64,000 bases of DNA from Amoebophrya sp. A120 (taxonomy: Eukaryota > Protista > Dinoflagellata). The stretch lies in NCBI GenBank assembly GCA_905178155.1, contig CAJINV010000008.1:558001-622000 (forward strand), read 5' to 3'. The position numbers were made by a program, and so were the translations under genes. Below, in pieces: positions 44,384-54,527 of the stretch; the stretch's first letter is position 1, and each line of letters opens with the position of its first letter. The notes beneath the pieces were generated by a model. It searched no databases. It was not told where the DNA came from and saw only the letters and a list, made by a program, of their open reading frames with translations.

Positions 44384-46793
44384 TTAGGTACTCAAAGTTG
44401 TACTACCGTAGCTGGACTGCGGCCGTCGCGAGAGGTTTGGCGAAATATAGCGCCCACGAGGCGGGTCAAAGGCCGAGGGTAATGGGTATTCCCCGGGGCC
44501 TGGCTGGTCTTTCGCGCGGAGCCGCGGATCCGCCGAGCTCGGGCGTCCCGCAGAAAAGAGAGTGGTGCGCGCCCCATGTCCGATACTCTGCATCACATTG
44601 TACATTGGCGGATCCTCCTTTCGTCTTTCAACCTTGCAACGCTCCCCTGCAGAATCAATAATCAGACCTTTATCAACACTGCAAAATCCTTGGAAGAATC
44701 GAACAACTTTCTTGATGAACAACAAGTAGGCATAAAAGGAAACTTTAATGTCACATCGTAAATGTATCCTGCCGGACTCAGAGCGACTGTAAGAGCGTTG
44801 TCATTCAAGTACCGATTCCAAACGAAGGCGTGCTTCTCATCAGGTTGCTGTAGTCAGTGCCTTTCATTTTCCTCTTGCTGATCGAAGCACTGTACCTGAA
44901 TTCATATTACACCGAGCTCTTGCAGCAGCACAAAGTGAAGCCCTTTGTTTGTCGCTTGCAACAATTGCTCTGTTGTCAACCGGAGCAAAATAAGCATCTA
45001 TGTCACTCGAAAAACTTCTTGCCATGCATATCATTGCCATTAATCGCAGTGGCGCAACCAAAAGAGAGAAGTGAGCCACTCGTTAAAATACTTGTAATAG
45101 CCGTTGCCTCCCGGGGTAGCCGATCCAAACGTGATCTGAAGCTTGAAGCGATTTGCCACACCCCACGACCTCTGCCACGCACCGTCTCGCATGTGCGGAG
45201 GCGGAAAAAAGCGGTCTACATGGCTCTGCAAAATGTAGAATTTAATCAGCTAGAAGTCCAGCAGTCTGGTACAATCTATCTAAAACTTGATGTTGCGATA
45301 CACAGAGCAACAAGAGCATTTGGTCTAACAGAATTATACTAGGTGATCCGGTCCCTCCCCCTTATCCAGCTTCTCGTGCGGTCGCAGATTTGTTTGCGTG
45401 AAGGTGGTCTTTTCCCTTCCCTTTTTGTTTGTAGTACTGCTGCAGTGCAGCAGCGTCCGCCTCTTCAAGCTCTCGGTGGAGGAGGTATTTGTTTTGCTCG
45501 TTCTCATTGCGGTCTGCGCTGGTCCTCCTAATCCCGCGTTTCCACCTCGCGAGGTGCCGCTACTATTACTTCCAAACTGCGCGGGAGGGACGTGCTGCGC
45601 GGTGCTGGACCCAGAATTAGAATCCTTCTTCTGCGGGTGCAGCAACACAGACGTCGTGGACACAGACCTTGACGCGGGGTGCGCGCTACCCGGACGCAGT
45701 GTCGTGGCACTCCCCCGCGACGAGAACGGCAGGCTTCCTTTGTTCGTGGAGCAATTGTAGGCGCTGCCCGGTCGCGACCCCGGGGCCAAACGCTTGCTAC
45801 TGCGGAGGACCTGAGGGTTTCTTGTTTTGCCTTTCAAATTCTTTCACTTCTCGACGCAGGGAGTCAAAAATAAAACAGTCTCGACGCAGGGAGTCAATGC
45901 CTTAGGCTTAGCCTTTCAAGTCGAAAATAAAACAGTCGAGCGGGAGCCCACTTCTCTCACAGAAAGAACCATGAGAAAAACACTTTCACCTCCTCCCGGC
46001 CAGAAGGCACGACACCTGCGTTCCGATGATCTCCACTTGAGGATGACGGATCCGGCCGCTGCTGGAATTCTTGGCGCAACGCGATAATGTCCGATTTCGA
46101 CGTTGCATTCAACAGTTCTTCCGCGCGCTGCAAAATCGCACACAGCCGCTCCCGGCGGTGAACGTCTCCATTCTCTTTTCCGACAGCAAGACCGTGAGTT
46201 GTTGCGCCGCTACTCCAAAAAGAGGACTGCGTGGCTGCAACACCACTCACAGCGGTACAGCTGGTGCTCTCAGCCGGCCGACGGAAAGAATTTTCATCAA
46301 TGGTGCTGGTGGTCATTATGGGGCCAGGCTCCTGGTCGGCACTCTGTTCCTCGTGTCGGAAACCGCCGCTTGCAGCGCTCGGACTTTTCAGCGCGGCGTT
46401 TCTCAAGTAGAGCTGAATGTTGGATTCGGACTTCACCACACTTGACTTTGAATGGAAGAGCTTGTCTTGATCTTGTTCCCGAATATGCCGAGTCCCGTAG
46501 TGCAACAGCTGCTTTCCCATCGCCGGCGCTTTATTACTCTGCTGGTATGGGTTATAGCTTGAAGCTTGTTCGTCCGGGTGCGAAATCTTTTTGGCGCCCG
46601 TCGGGGTGACTGTCGCGCTACTGGGCCGAGTGGCCTTGATGTCGGTTGTTGACACTGTCGGCGGCTTTACATTTTTCGCGCTTCTTGTGCTCTTCACGCC
46701 CACTGGCGTAGAGGAGCCCGAGGACCTGCCGCTCTTCGTACCGCGCCCCACCTCTGCGCCGAAGGGCGCCACCACTAAATGCGAGAGCTCCAT
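44384..46793 (-). CDS. SHIPPO-repeat (ODF3-like, PGPGxY) flagellar protein, multi-exon
   Basis: DQPGPGEY, TPGGNGYY, SPAGYIY. Canonical intron 45811-45989 and others. 3' exons unresolved. Confidence 0.55.
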
Positions 46794-47349
46794 GAGATCT
46801 TCCCGCCCTGTAATCTACGATCAACCACTGCAACACGCCACGACAAGCATTTTTCTACTTCTTCATCATAGTCCTCCCATCGATTCTACCGGATCGACGC
46901 GTGCGCCCCCTATCGAGGAGGCAGGCCGTCGTGTGGTTCATCTGAATCAATGTCGTGCTTTTCGTATTCATTCTCACTCACTGTCACTGTGTGGGTTCTC
47001 TACAAAAAAGAACGCACCCTCTTCTAACAGTCCTCTTCCGCTGCGGTTTTGTCCTCTACGGGCAGCTAGTCTTGGTTTTCAACTCAGTGTCTGTTTGTTG
47101 ACTAGATTCACGTACCTGACACTGACGAAAAACCACTCTCCTTGTCCTTACCTCCTCGCTCTTTGCCGGAGCCGCAATAACCAGGCGCCTTTGACACTCA
47201 CACTCCCGCGGATTGATCCTGGCTGATATTCATCCGCACAATGAGTTTTTACACTATCGGCGCCAACACTTTACCGAGGGATGAACAGAAGCTACACACA
47301 CGCGAGGATGGAAACCGGGGTCTTCAAGCTTTGTCTTTGCGACAAAGCC

Positions 47350-50300
47350 TCACAGGACACGCCATGAAAGCTGCACTTCGGAATCTTCACTGTTACAGAC
47401 TTTTCTCAACAAGAGTTGCAGCTTCAGCAGAGGCAGATCCGGAGATCCTGGCCACCACGAGCGCATTGCGAACGTTGGATACCCGGTTTTCGCATGGTAC
47501 GGCACAGTATCCGCGAGATCGAAAACCTTCTCTATTACCTCGGCTAACCAAGTGATTGTGTCTATCCGATCGTTCAGATTCTTCATCCGGACGCCTGCGG
47601 TGTGAAGAAGAGCAAAGTTGTGCGAGGACGGTAATGCTATTGAAGCGTCACGCTCACCGAGTCGGGTCAAATTACGAAAATGCTCCACGTTTTGCGACCC
47701 ACCAAGAGTGCGTTCTCGCAAGCGGGTTGATGTCGGCAGGGCGTCCCTTAGCACTTCCGAGGGAAAGAGCGGCAGGTGCGACATGAGCAGCCGAGCCGCA
47801 CCGTAAAATATGTTCTTTTGCGAAAAGTGTTTGTAAGCTGGAAACACCCGACTGGTTTTGTTCATCCAGGTACTCCACGTGCTGGGATGAGAATGCGCAT
47901 CTGCGTCAATATTTTTCTTCGTGCCGCTCCGTCGCTCGATCAGGTTACGCGTTCTAAAAATACTTTTTGTGCGCGACAGAACTCTGGACAAGAGCACGAC
48001 AGCTGACTCCCGCAGTAGAGCGGACCAATGTACTTCTTCAGATTTTGGACGTTCCGCCAAAATATTCCTCACCGCAAAAAGAATGTTCGGAAGCGGGCTC
48101 AACTCGTGCGGCTCGCTCACCTGGTTTTGCTTTTTCAGGTCCGCCAGTTTTGACGTACTACTTGCTGCGATCAGGTTGTTCCAGCTCGCTGCGACAAACT
48201 TGCCGACCTCCGCCGTTCCTAGAAACACGCTCCGCATGGGAATTCCAAAATTTCCGTTTTCGCGAACGTTCCCTGGGAAGCTGTCACGCACGCTCTCTAC
48301 GGGGAGAAACACCGCACTGTGCCCACCCGCAAGTGCCGCTGTGATGCTGAAAGAGGACCACGTGCTCTTGCTCGACGCGAACACAAAAGCATGCGAGAAA
48401 TACACGTGGAAAAAGTCAACCATCGTGCGGACAGTATTCATTATCCGCTTCCGGCTCTGCGAGTCCGCGTCAGGTTTGGATGAGCCTTCGTCGACTGCTC
48501 GCATCACGCACTGTTCTACCCTCTGATCGTGGAGATTCCCGTCCTCAGCAAAGAAAACACTGCCGTAATCCTCGGCGATCTCACGAACCCGTGCACGCAC
48601 GCTATCACGCAAGTCCGCGTCCGGAGACAAGACACGAAATTGTAACGAGGTCGGATTTGCTCCCTTTTCGTGCCGCCGCGAGCTCATCAGTTGCCGCGCC
48701 GCAAAGAGCGCAAGCGACGTGATGCCGTCGCTCGTGCTCAGGGTCCGCCGATCTCCGCCCCGGGCATGCAAAACGACGCGCAAGCCGACCTCTGTTGGAG
48801 CAGAACTGTGATAGTACCGCTCAAAAAAACACTTTGCCACTCCGTCAACGGGGCGGAAAGGCTGTTCTTGGTGCGCGTTTCCGGAGGATACCTGATCTGA
48901 GTTGCGAGGTGTCAGGTCTAGTGACGGCGAAAGCGAATTCGGTTGAAGCGCCTCAAAATACGGCCGACTGTTGTACACTCGCGTCCGATAAATGTGCAAA
49001 AACTCCGCGCGCGACAACATAGGGTCCGGAAAGATACCGAGCTGCGCCCAGCGCAACCACATGTCCCAAGCCGGCTCCGCAGTGTAGTCGTTTGGATAAG
49101 GGGGCGGATGGAATGGAATCTGCATGAGTTTCACGGCCGTTTGCGCGTGGTCACCAGCCTTGCTTGACGAGGTCACTCTTCCACCAACCGGAGCAGCCCC
49201 TTCGCTTTTCAGCTTTTCGAGATAAGCAAAGTAGCGCTCCCTACCCACGATGACGTGTAAGATCTCCGGAAGCTGCACGAGCTGCAGCAGTGTGCGGGCG
49301 TCGTATCCCGACACGCACGGAGTCGTGTCTGCGGACCTTGACGTTCCAGTTGCAGCCGAGCAGGAATAATGCTGAACATCGGCCTCTTCGTCCCAGAAGG
49401 TAACCACTTTCTTCGCCCGCATCGAATAACCAATCGCAGCGACGGTGAAGAGCCATCCGAGACGATTACCCAGACCTCCTGGGTTTCCGGAGGTGTGCAG
49501 GACCAAATCTTCGTCTACACCGGGATCCATTTCCGCTTCCGGGAGATGCATAGCGGTATTCTTGTCCATGCTCTTGTTCCCTGTTCCCACCACCACCGAG
49601 GCGCGGACCGGCTTGCGCCTCACTAAACCAAGCTCGTGACACTTTGTGACGAACCAAGGCCTTTTGTAGCCGTGATTGATATGAGGAATGAGCCGACCAT
49701 ACGTCGTCCAGCCGGAAACCGCCGGATTTCGGTCCACGTAGAACACGCGATACCGCCGTTGCAACTCCATTAGAAGCTGATTTTCCCGGAGATTCCTTTC
49801 CCGCGTCGCACCCAGGTGGATCTCAAACAGTACTTGATCCACGTTCATGTTCACGTAATTGGTCCATAACTCCTCGCCCGCGGTCCCACCGTGCTGGTGG
49901 CTTGAGGTTCCTCCTGCGGCAGAGGTTCCATCATCTGTAGTTCCCGCGGTGGCGAACAATTCCTCCAAAATCGGCCATTCGTTTGCCTCGATGTCCATGC
50001 GGAGCAGCGCCACCGGAAGCGGGCCGGGCGAAAACCAGTGTAGCACTTTGCGCACCATTTTTCCAACGGTCCCCAGGGACACGAGTCGCATGCTTTCTTT
50101 CGTGTTGTCGGCGATTTGCGATTGCAGGCTCGCGGCGGCCTCACTCGCGGTAGCGCATATAGTAGCCTCTTCTCCGAGTTGATGTACTACTCCTTCCCTT
50201 TGTTCTAAAGTTGTACTAGGAGACTCCCCATCCTCAGAAGGGGACGGGCCCACGAATTCAGCGGACCCCAGCAACTCGTCCAAATCGTCGCCGAAGTTGG

Positions 50301-50907
50301 CGTCACGCTCCGAGCTGACCCCGACGGGAAAAAACCAGTGGCGCGGATGGCTGCTCACCAGTGACCGCTTCTTTGCAGCTTCATAGAAAGTCGTGGCAGA
50401 AAAAGCGGGGTCGAAAGAAAACACGTGGCAGCCGAAGTGCTCCAGCGCCATGTGCTCAAACCACTGCCCGCCCTTCCAGTCACACGGATCACCGACCCCA
50501 AAGGACAGCGCCACGCACCAACCATTTCGCCGCTTCTGCGCGCCGACCTGATCGGACAGTGAGCTGAACGATTCGGATTCTGCTGCTGGCGCTGGCCTGC
50601 CCGCCTCATTATAATCATCATGCGCTCCTTCCGTATTGCTGTTGTTGTTCTCCTCCTCTGCGAAAGGCAGAGCATCTCCGCATATTTTGAAGGGGTCGTC
50701 GTCGACCGTCTTTACGAGCGGCCGCCGACAGACGTTCCCCGCGGCAGGCCGCAGCAGCATCTCGAAACCGTGCCAGATTTCGTTTCCGTCAGGAGCGTCT
50801 GTGCTATTCGCATGATATCGGTACCGAGCTTCAGCTGTGAGCACGCACAGAGCCAGGCTAGTTGCGAGAAGAACAAACGAGAGCCGTCCGCCGAAGATCA
50901 GCAACAT
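47350..50907 (-). CDS. Secretory-pathway fusion of a METTL24/Methyltransf_22-like domain and a fucosyltransferase-like GT-B domain
   Basis: Signal peptide; LSFGVG..FE..GCHVFSFDP, LLRMDIEANEW, QVLFEIH; then GGLGNRL, VVLHARGGDR, STWSSFS. Confidence 0.72.
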   Translation of the reverse strand: MLLIFGGRLSFVLLATSLALCVLTAEARYRYHANSTDAPDGNEIWHGFEMLLRPAAGNVCRRPLVKTVDDDPFKICGDALPFAEEENNNSNTEGAHDDYNEAGRPAPAAESESFSSLSDQVGAQKRRNGWCVALSFGVGDPCDWKGGQWFEHMALEHFGCHVFSFDPAFSATTFYEAAKKRSLVSSHPRHWFFPVGVSSERDANFGDDLDELLGSAEFVGPSPSEDGESPSTTLEQREGVVHQLGEEATICATASEAAASLQSQIADNTKESMRLVSLGTVGKMVRKVLHWFSPGPLPVALLRMDIEANEWPILEELFATAGTTDDGTSAAGGTSSHQHGGTAGEELWTNYVNMNVDQVLFEIHLGATRERNLRENQLLMELQRRYRVFYVDRNPAVSGWTTYGRLIPHINHGYKRPWFVTKCHELGLVRRKPVRASVVVGTGNKSMDKNTAMHLPEAEMDPGVDEDLVLHTSGNPGGLGNRLGWLFTVAAIGYSMRAKKVVTFWDEEADVQHYSCSAATGTSRSADTTPCVSGYDARTLLQLVQLPEILHVIVGRERYFAYLEKLKSEGAAPVGGRVTSSSKAGDHAQTAVKLMQIPFHPPPYPNDYTAEPAWDMWLRWAQLGIFPDPMLSRAEFLHIYRTRVYNSRPYFEALQPNSLSPSLDLTPRNSDQVSSGNAHQEQPFRPVDGVAKCFFERYYHSSAPTEVGLRVVLHARGGDRRTLSTSDGITSLALFAARQLMSSRRHEKGANPTSLQFRVLSPDADLRDSVRARVREIAEDYGSVFFAEDGNLHDQRVEQCVMRAVDEGSSKPDADSQSRKRIMNTVRTMVDFFHVYFSHAFVFASSKSTWSSFSITAALAGGHSAVFLPVESVRDSFPGNVRENGNFGIPMRSVFLGTAEVGKFVAASWNNLIAASSTSKLADLKKQNQVSEPHELSPLPNILFAVRNILAERPKSEEVHWSALLRESAVVLLSRVLSRTKSIFRTRNLIERRSGTKKNIDADAHSHPSTWSTWMNKTSRVFPAYKHFSQKNIFYGAARLLMSHLPLFPSEVLRDALPTSTRLRERTLGGSQNVEHFRNLTRLGERDASIALPSSHNFALLHTAGVRMKNLNDRIDTITWLAEVIEKVFDLADTVPYHAKTGYPTFAMRSWWPGSPDLPLLKLQLLLRKVCNSEDSEVQLSWRVL

Positions 50908-51248
50908 CTTTTCTTTACATGCACTGACAAAAGCACCCGCACCACATTCAGGCAGCTACGTGCGCTACGAGCATTTGTTTCCTTAGCAAAGCAAACCGGA
51001 AGACAAGTACACGAGAAAACAAAGAATAAAGTCGAAGAAACCGAGAAAAGCAAAAATGACTTGCAAGGCGGGACACCAGGTCTTCGATGCCTCGATTGAG
51101 CACATCAAGTCGAACACAGTGACACCTGCCCTCTGAGTCTCAGGCCACAGGGCTTGCGTCTTCAAGGGTACTTAGATGCGCTTGGCAACTTCAAGAATAG
51201 AGATGTCGCTTTTTTCATGTCATTTTTTGGCGTTCGCGGCAGTGCATC

Positions 51249-53618
51249 TCAGGCAGTACCAGGGATCTTTTTTTGCAGTTCCCGGACCTCGTTCAGCAGA
51301 AAAGCCACCCGCTCCAAGGGGAATAGCCTCGACTGGTCCGCCTGCGCCAAGGTCCGCTCTAAATCGATTTTTTGCCCGATCTTGTTCAAGAAGCGATCGA
51401 AACTCTTGACCTCTATCGCGACGAAAAAATCTCGGCATCGGTTCGAATACCACAACCGCAGCAGGTTTAGCGCGTACGTTAGCACCTCACTCGCATCCAC
51501 AAGCGAAAAATCTGATCCCAAGAAGGAATCATCCCCTTCCAGCAACGCGCGCAGCACGCTCTCAAATACCGCCGCTAGTCTCGCTTGTTGGTTGTTCTTG
51601 ATCCGTTCGACTCGGGCAATCTCGGCATCCACGGAGTTGCAACTAGTCCCTGTGCAGAGTTTTTCATCTCCCTGCGTACCAAGATCTTTGTGCGTTATCT
51701 CCATCTTCGCAAGGCAGTCCCAGAACTCGGCCTTCACGGAGCTTAGCACAGGTGGCAGCACTTGCTGGTGAGCGCTCGGCTTGAGGCAGTACTGCACCAC
51801 CGGCCTGAAATACTGATCCCAGCGAGTCTCCAGGCCGACCAGCTCCGCCTCCATCGGGCTATTCGGCGCCTTGTCGGATGTTGACTGCTGACGCACGTTA
51901 GCGGCCGCCCTGAATGATACCTCATAGAGGGCCTTCTCCATGTCGCGATACAGTACCGTGCGGGTCTGCGCATCGCGGACGTCCGCGTCTGCGGACTGGA
52001 GGAGGGCCGGCTCCTGCAAAACCAAAGGAGCCCCGGTCGTCGCCGCACTTATCTTTCGCTTCGGCTCGCCGTGGTCTTCGGGGACCGCCGTAGCAAGTGC
52101 CTTCAGAAACTCGAGGTAAAACGCTGGCGGCAGCAATGACAGGTGCCCCGACGGAGGCGGAGTGTCGCACATGACCACCTTCAGCAGGGGTCGGAGGAGG
52201 CTGTCCCACAGATGAAAGGCGGCTGCGAACTTGCGATGCACAAGCAACGCTTCGGTGGCGCACCGCAGATAGTCGTATCGAGTCGCATGGCTCCACACAC
52301 AGGGGAGGTAGGGACCGCATTTTCCGTCTACCTCTACGCTACCGTTTTTGATATTCGCACGTGCCGAAGATAAAACCGATCCGTGCTTATCACTGGGCGG
52401 TGGGGGATCCAGTGGCTGTAGTGAGTCAGCGGTCGTTGCTTTGCTTGTGCCGGAGGAGGCTGTCTCGGGGGAAGGGGCGGAAGTGACAACGGATGTCGTG
52501 CTCTGATTTTTGCGACCCCACACCAGCGAACTGCATTCGGCAAAGTACACGAAGCTGGCCAACCCCAACGGGGAAACTTCGTGCTCGGGCCCACTCTGAG
52601 TTGTCCGGCGAGGAGCAATGCTGGGCCGGTTACTGAAGGACAAGCACGCAGCGGCGCGACACAGGTAATCCATCTGCTGTCGTGTCGACAGTTGCATCTC
52701 GGCCTCGGTCTCGCCCGTGCGGCTCGACTGCAGCACGTCTTCGCATGCTGCAGTGTGCTGCTGTTCCCCTTCCCCCGTGTCCTCTACCAGCGGACATTCG
52801 GGGAAGTCTGCCTCGCCCCTTAGCGTTTTCCCAAAACACGAGAGCACGGGTCGTGACTCCTTATCTTCGCCACAACTCGCCATAAAAATCTTCTCAAACA
52901 GGGCGAAGACAAAGGTCGAAATCGCCTCGGTGGCCATCGTCTCTGGTAAAACGTCCTCGTGGGCTCCCTGCTCCTGCTGCAGCTCCCTCCCGTCTGGCGT
53001 GAGCACGAGGTTCCGCGCGAGCTGGAATGCAGGTCTCGCGAGATACTTCAGTGTCGTCGAAACACTTGCGTGTTTGAACAGCAAAAACGTGTGGGGTAGC
53101 GAATTGCACACGATCCGTGAACGGAAGCGCGTTGCCGGGAGTACGCGAATCTGTCGCACCAAGGATTCCGCGATCAGCCCTTTCGTCTCCCAGGTCCTCC
53201 GCCCCAGGGCGCCACCGGTTCCGGTCTCGCTGTTCGCAGAGGGCAGCATTTGCTGCTCGAGCAGAAAGATAATCTCTTTCGCCTTGTCACTTTTCCGGAG
53301 GAGCTGGGGCCAGTACTTCGTTCGCACGGGCAGCTGGAATCTCGGACAGTCGTGCAGGCGCAGCAGCGCGGGCACCATCACCTCAGCCAGGTGCTGTCCC
53401 GCCAACGCGTCCTTGGCCGACCATTCGACCTGGTCGAGTGCATCAATGAAAGGGCTTTGGCCCTCGGTGTTTGCGGTCGTGCCTGCGAGTGGTCCTCCAC
53501 TGGGGTCGGCAACAACGAATTGCTCCACTTCTTCGTTCACCAGCGCCTGCAATGTTTCCAGGTTCGGAATGTCCTTTTCCCGCTTCGTCGCGGAAGCCTT
53601 CGCGAAAAACCACTCCAT
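51249..53618 (-). CDS. Helical protein, glomulin/ALF4-like
   Basis: 789-aa intact ORF. C-terminal SLVDASEVLTYALNLLRLW resembles the glomulin family motif (recalled, not searched). Confidence 0.5.
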   Translation of the reverse strand: MEWFFAKASATKREKDIPNLETLQALVNEEVEQFVVADPSGGPLAGTTANTEGQSPFIDALDQVEWSAKDALAGQHLAEVMVPALLRLHDCPRFQLPVRTKYWPQLLRKSDKAKEIIFLLEQQMLPSANSETGTGGALGRRTWETKGLIAESLVRQIRVLPATRFRSRIVCNSLPHTFLLFKHASVSTTLKYLARPAFQLARNLVLTPDGRELQQEQGAHEDVLPETMATEAISTFVFALFEKIFMASCGEDKESRPVLSCFGKTLRGEADFPECPLVEDTGEGEQQHTAACEDVLQSSRTGETEAEMQLSTRQQMDYLCRAAACLSFSNRPSIAPRRTTQSGPEHEVSPLGLASFVYFAECSSLVWGRKNQSTTSVVTSAPSPETASSGTSKATTADSLQPLDPPPPSDKHGSVLSSARANIKNGSVEVDGKCGPYLPCVWSHATRYDYLRCATEALLVHRKFAAAFHLWDSLLRPLLKVVMCDTPPPSGHLSLLPPAFYLEFLKALATAVPEDHGEPKRKISAATTGAPLVLQEPALLQSADADVRDAQTRTVLYRDMEKALYEVSFRAAANVRQQSTSDKAPNSPMEAELVGLETRWDQYFRPVVQYCLKPSAHQQVLPPVLSSVKAEFWDCLAKMEITHKDLGTQGDEKLCTGTSCNSVDAEIARVERIKNNQQARLAAVFESVLRALLEGDDSFLGSDFSLVDASEVLTYALNLLRLWYSNRCRDFFVAIEVKSFDRFLNKIGQKIDLERTLAQADQSRLFPLERVAFLLNEVRELQKKIPGTA

Positions 53619-54527
53619 TGCGCTTTTACAAAAGAAAATAAAATCGGTCGATGAGTATGGGAATCTTCATCCAGGGGACTACGTAATAGGGCTGCGCGAG
53701 GTAACTATCACGACGTCCATGTCAGTCAATGGAGAGCCTCGTCCAGGTACGGAGAAAAGGGGTCGCGAAAAACCACTGAAAAAAAGTATCCTCTGCTGTT
53801 TTCAAATGCGAACCAGGGCTACGTACTTATTTGATGTGTTATTTTATTCATTGCTCTCAACTCTAATGAGAACTCGAATGATTTTGCAAGAATCAAGCTG
53901 AGCATTTGATGCGTTCCATGGGACCAGTCAATCACACCCACATTTGAGATCCCGTATCTACTGCTTGATCCTGAGTTTTCCTATAGCTCCTGCACATTTG
54001 ATGAAGAACGGCGTCTTAGTCATTGATCAAATTTGCACGAAAAATTCATTTCCAGAGGATCCGTTTTTACAGGTAAGAGCGCATTCTTCCATTTGCCACC
54101 TTGATCTGCCGTCTTTCTCAAAATGCCCGTGAGAGGCGTCAAGGGTTCAAAGACCACCTGAAGAACAGGCTCATTATCGACTTTCTCTGTCCTTTATGTT
54201 TTCTTGCCCCGGTAGCTGGCTTGAATAGCTAGGATGAACTACGATTTAAAATTGATTCGGATGGTGCGGAGCAATATCAGACGACAGATAAAAATTATGC
54301 ACTGTACAAACCACTGCAGCATCGTTGTGTCCGTCCCCGCTGCTGCGACATCATATTCTTGGTTCCGGTCGTGGGAAACTGCTAAAATCAATAATATTGG
54401 TCAAAACTCTGACTTTGTTTTCAACAGGGTTGCGATACGCCGCTCTTCCAGGTCACAGAAACCTTCGTGGTCAGCTCCTATGTTTATTTTACGCTGCTCG
54501 ATTAACTTCCACAGTTCTTTATTTTTT

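Noticed and set aside
45849-45937. Short duplicated segments (tctcgacgcagggagtcaa, aaaataaaacagtc)
   Set aside because: Local slippage duplications inside a canonical intron; no element ends.
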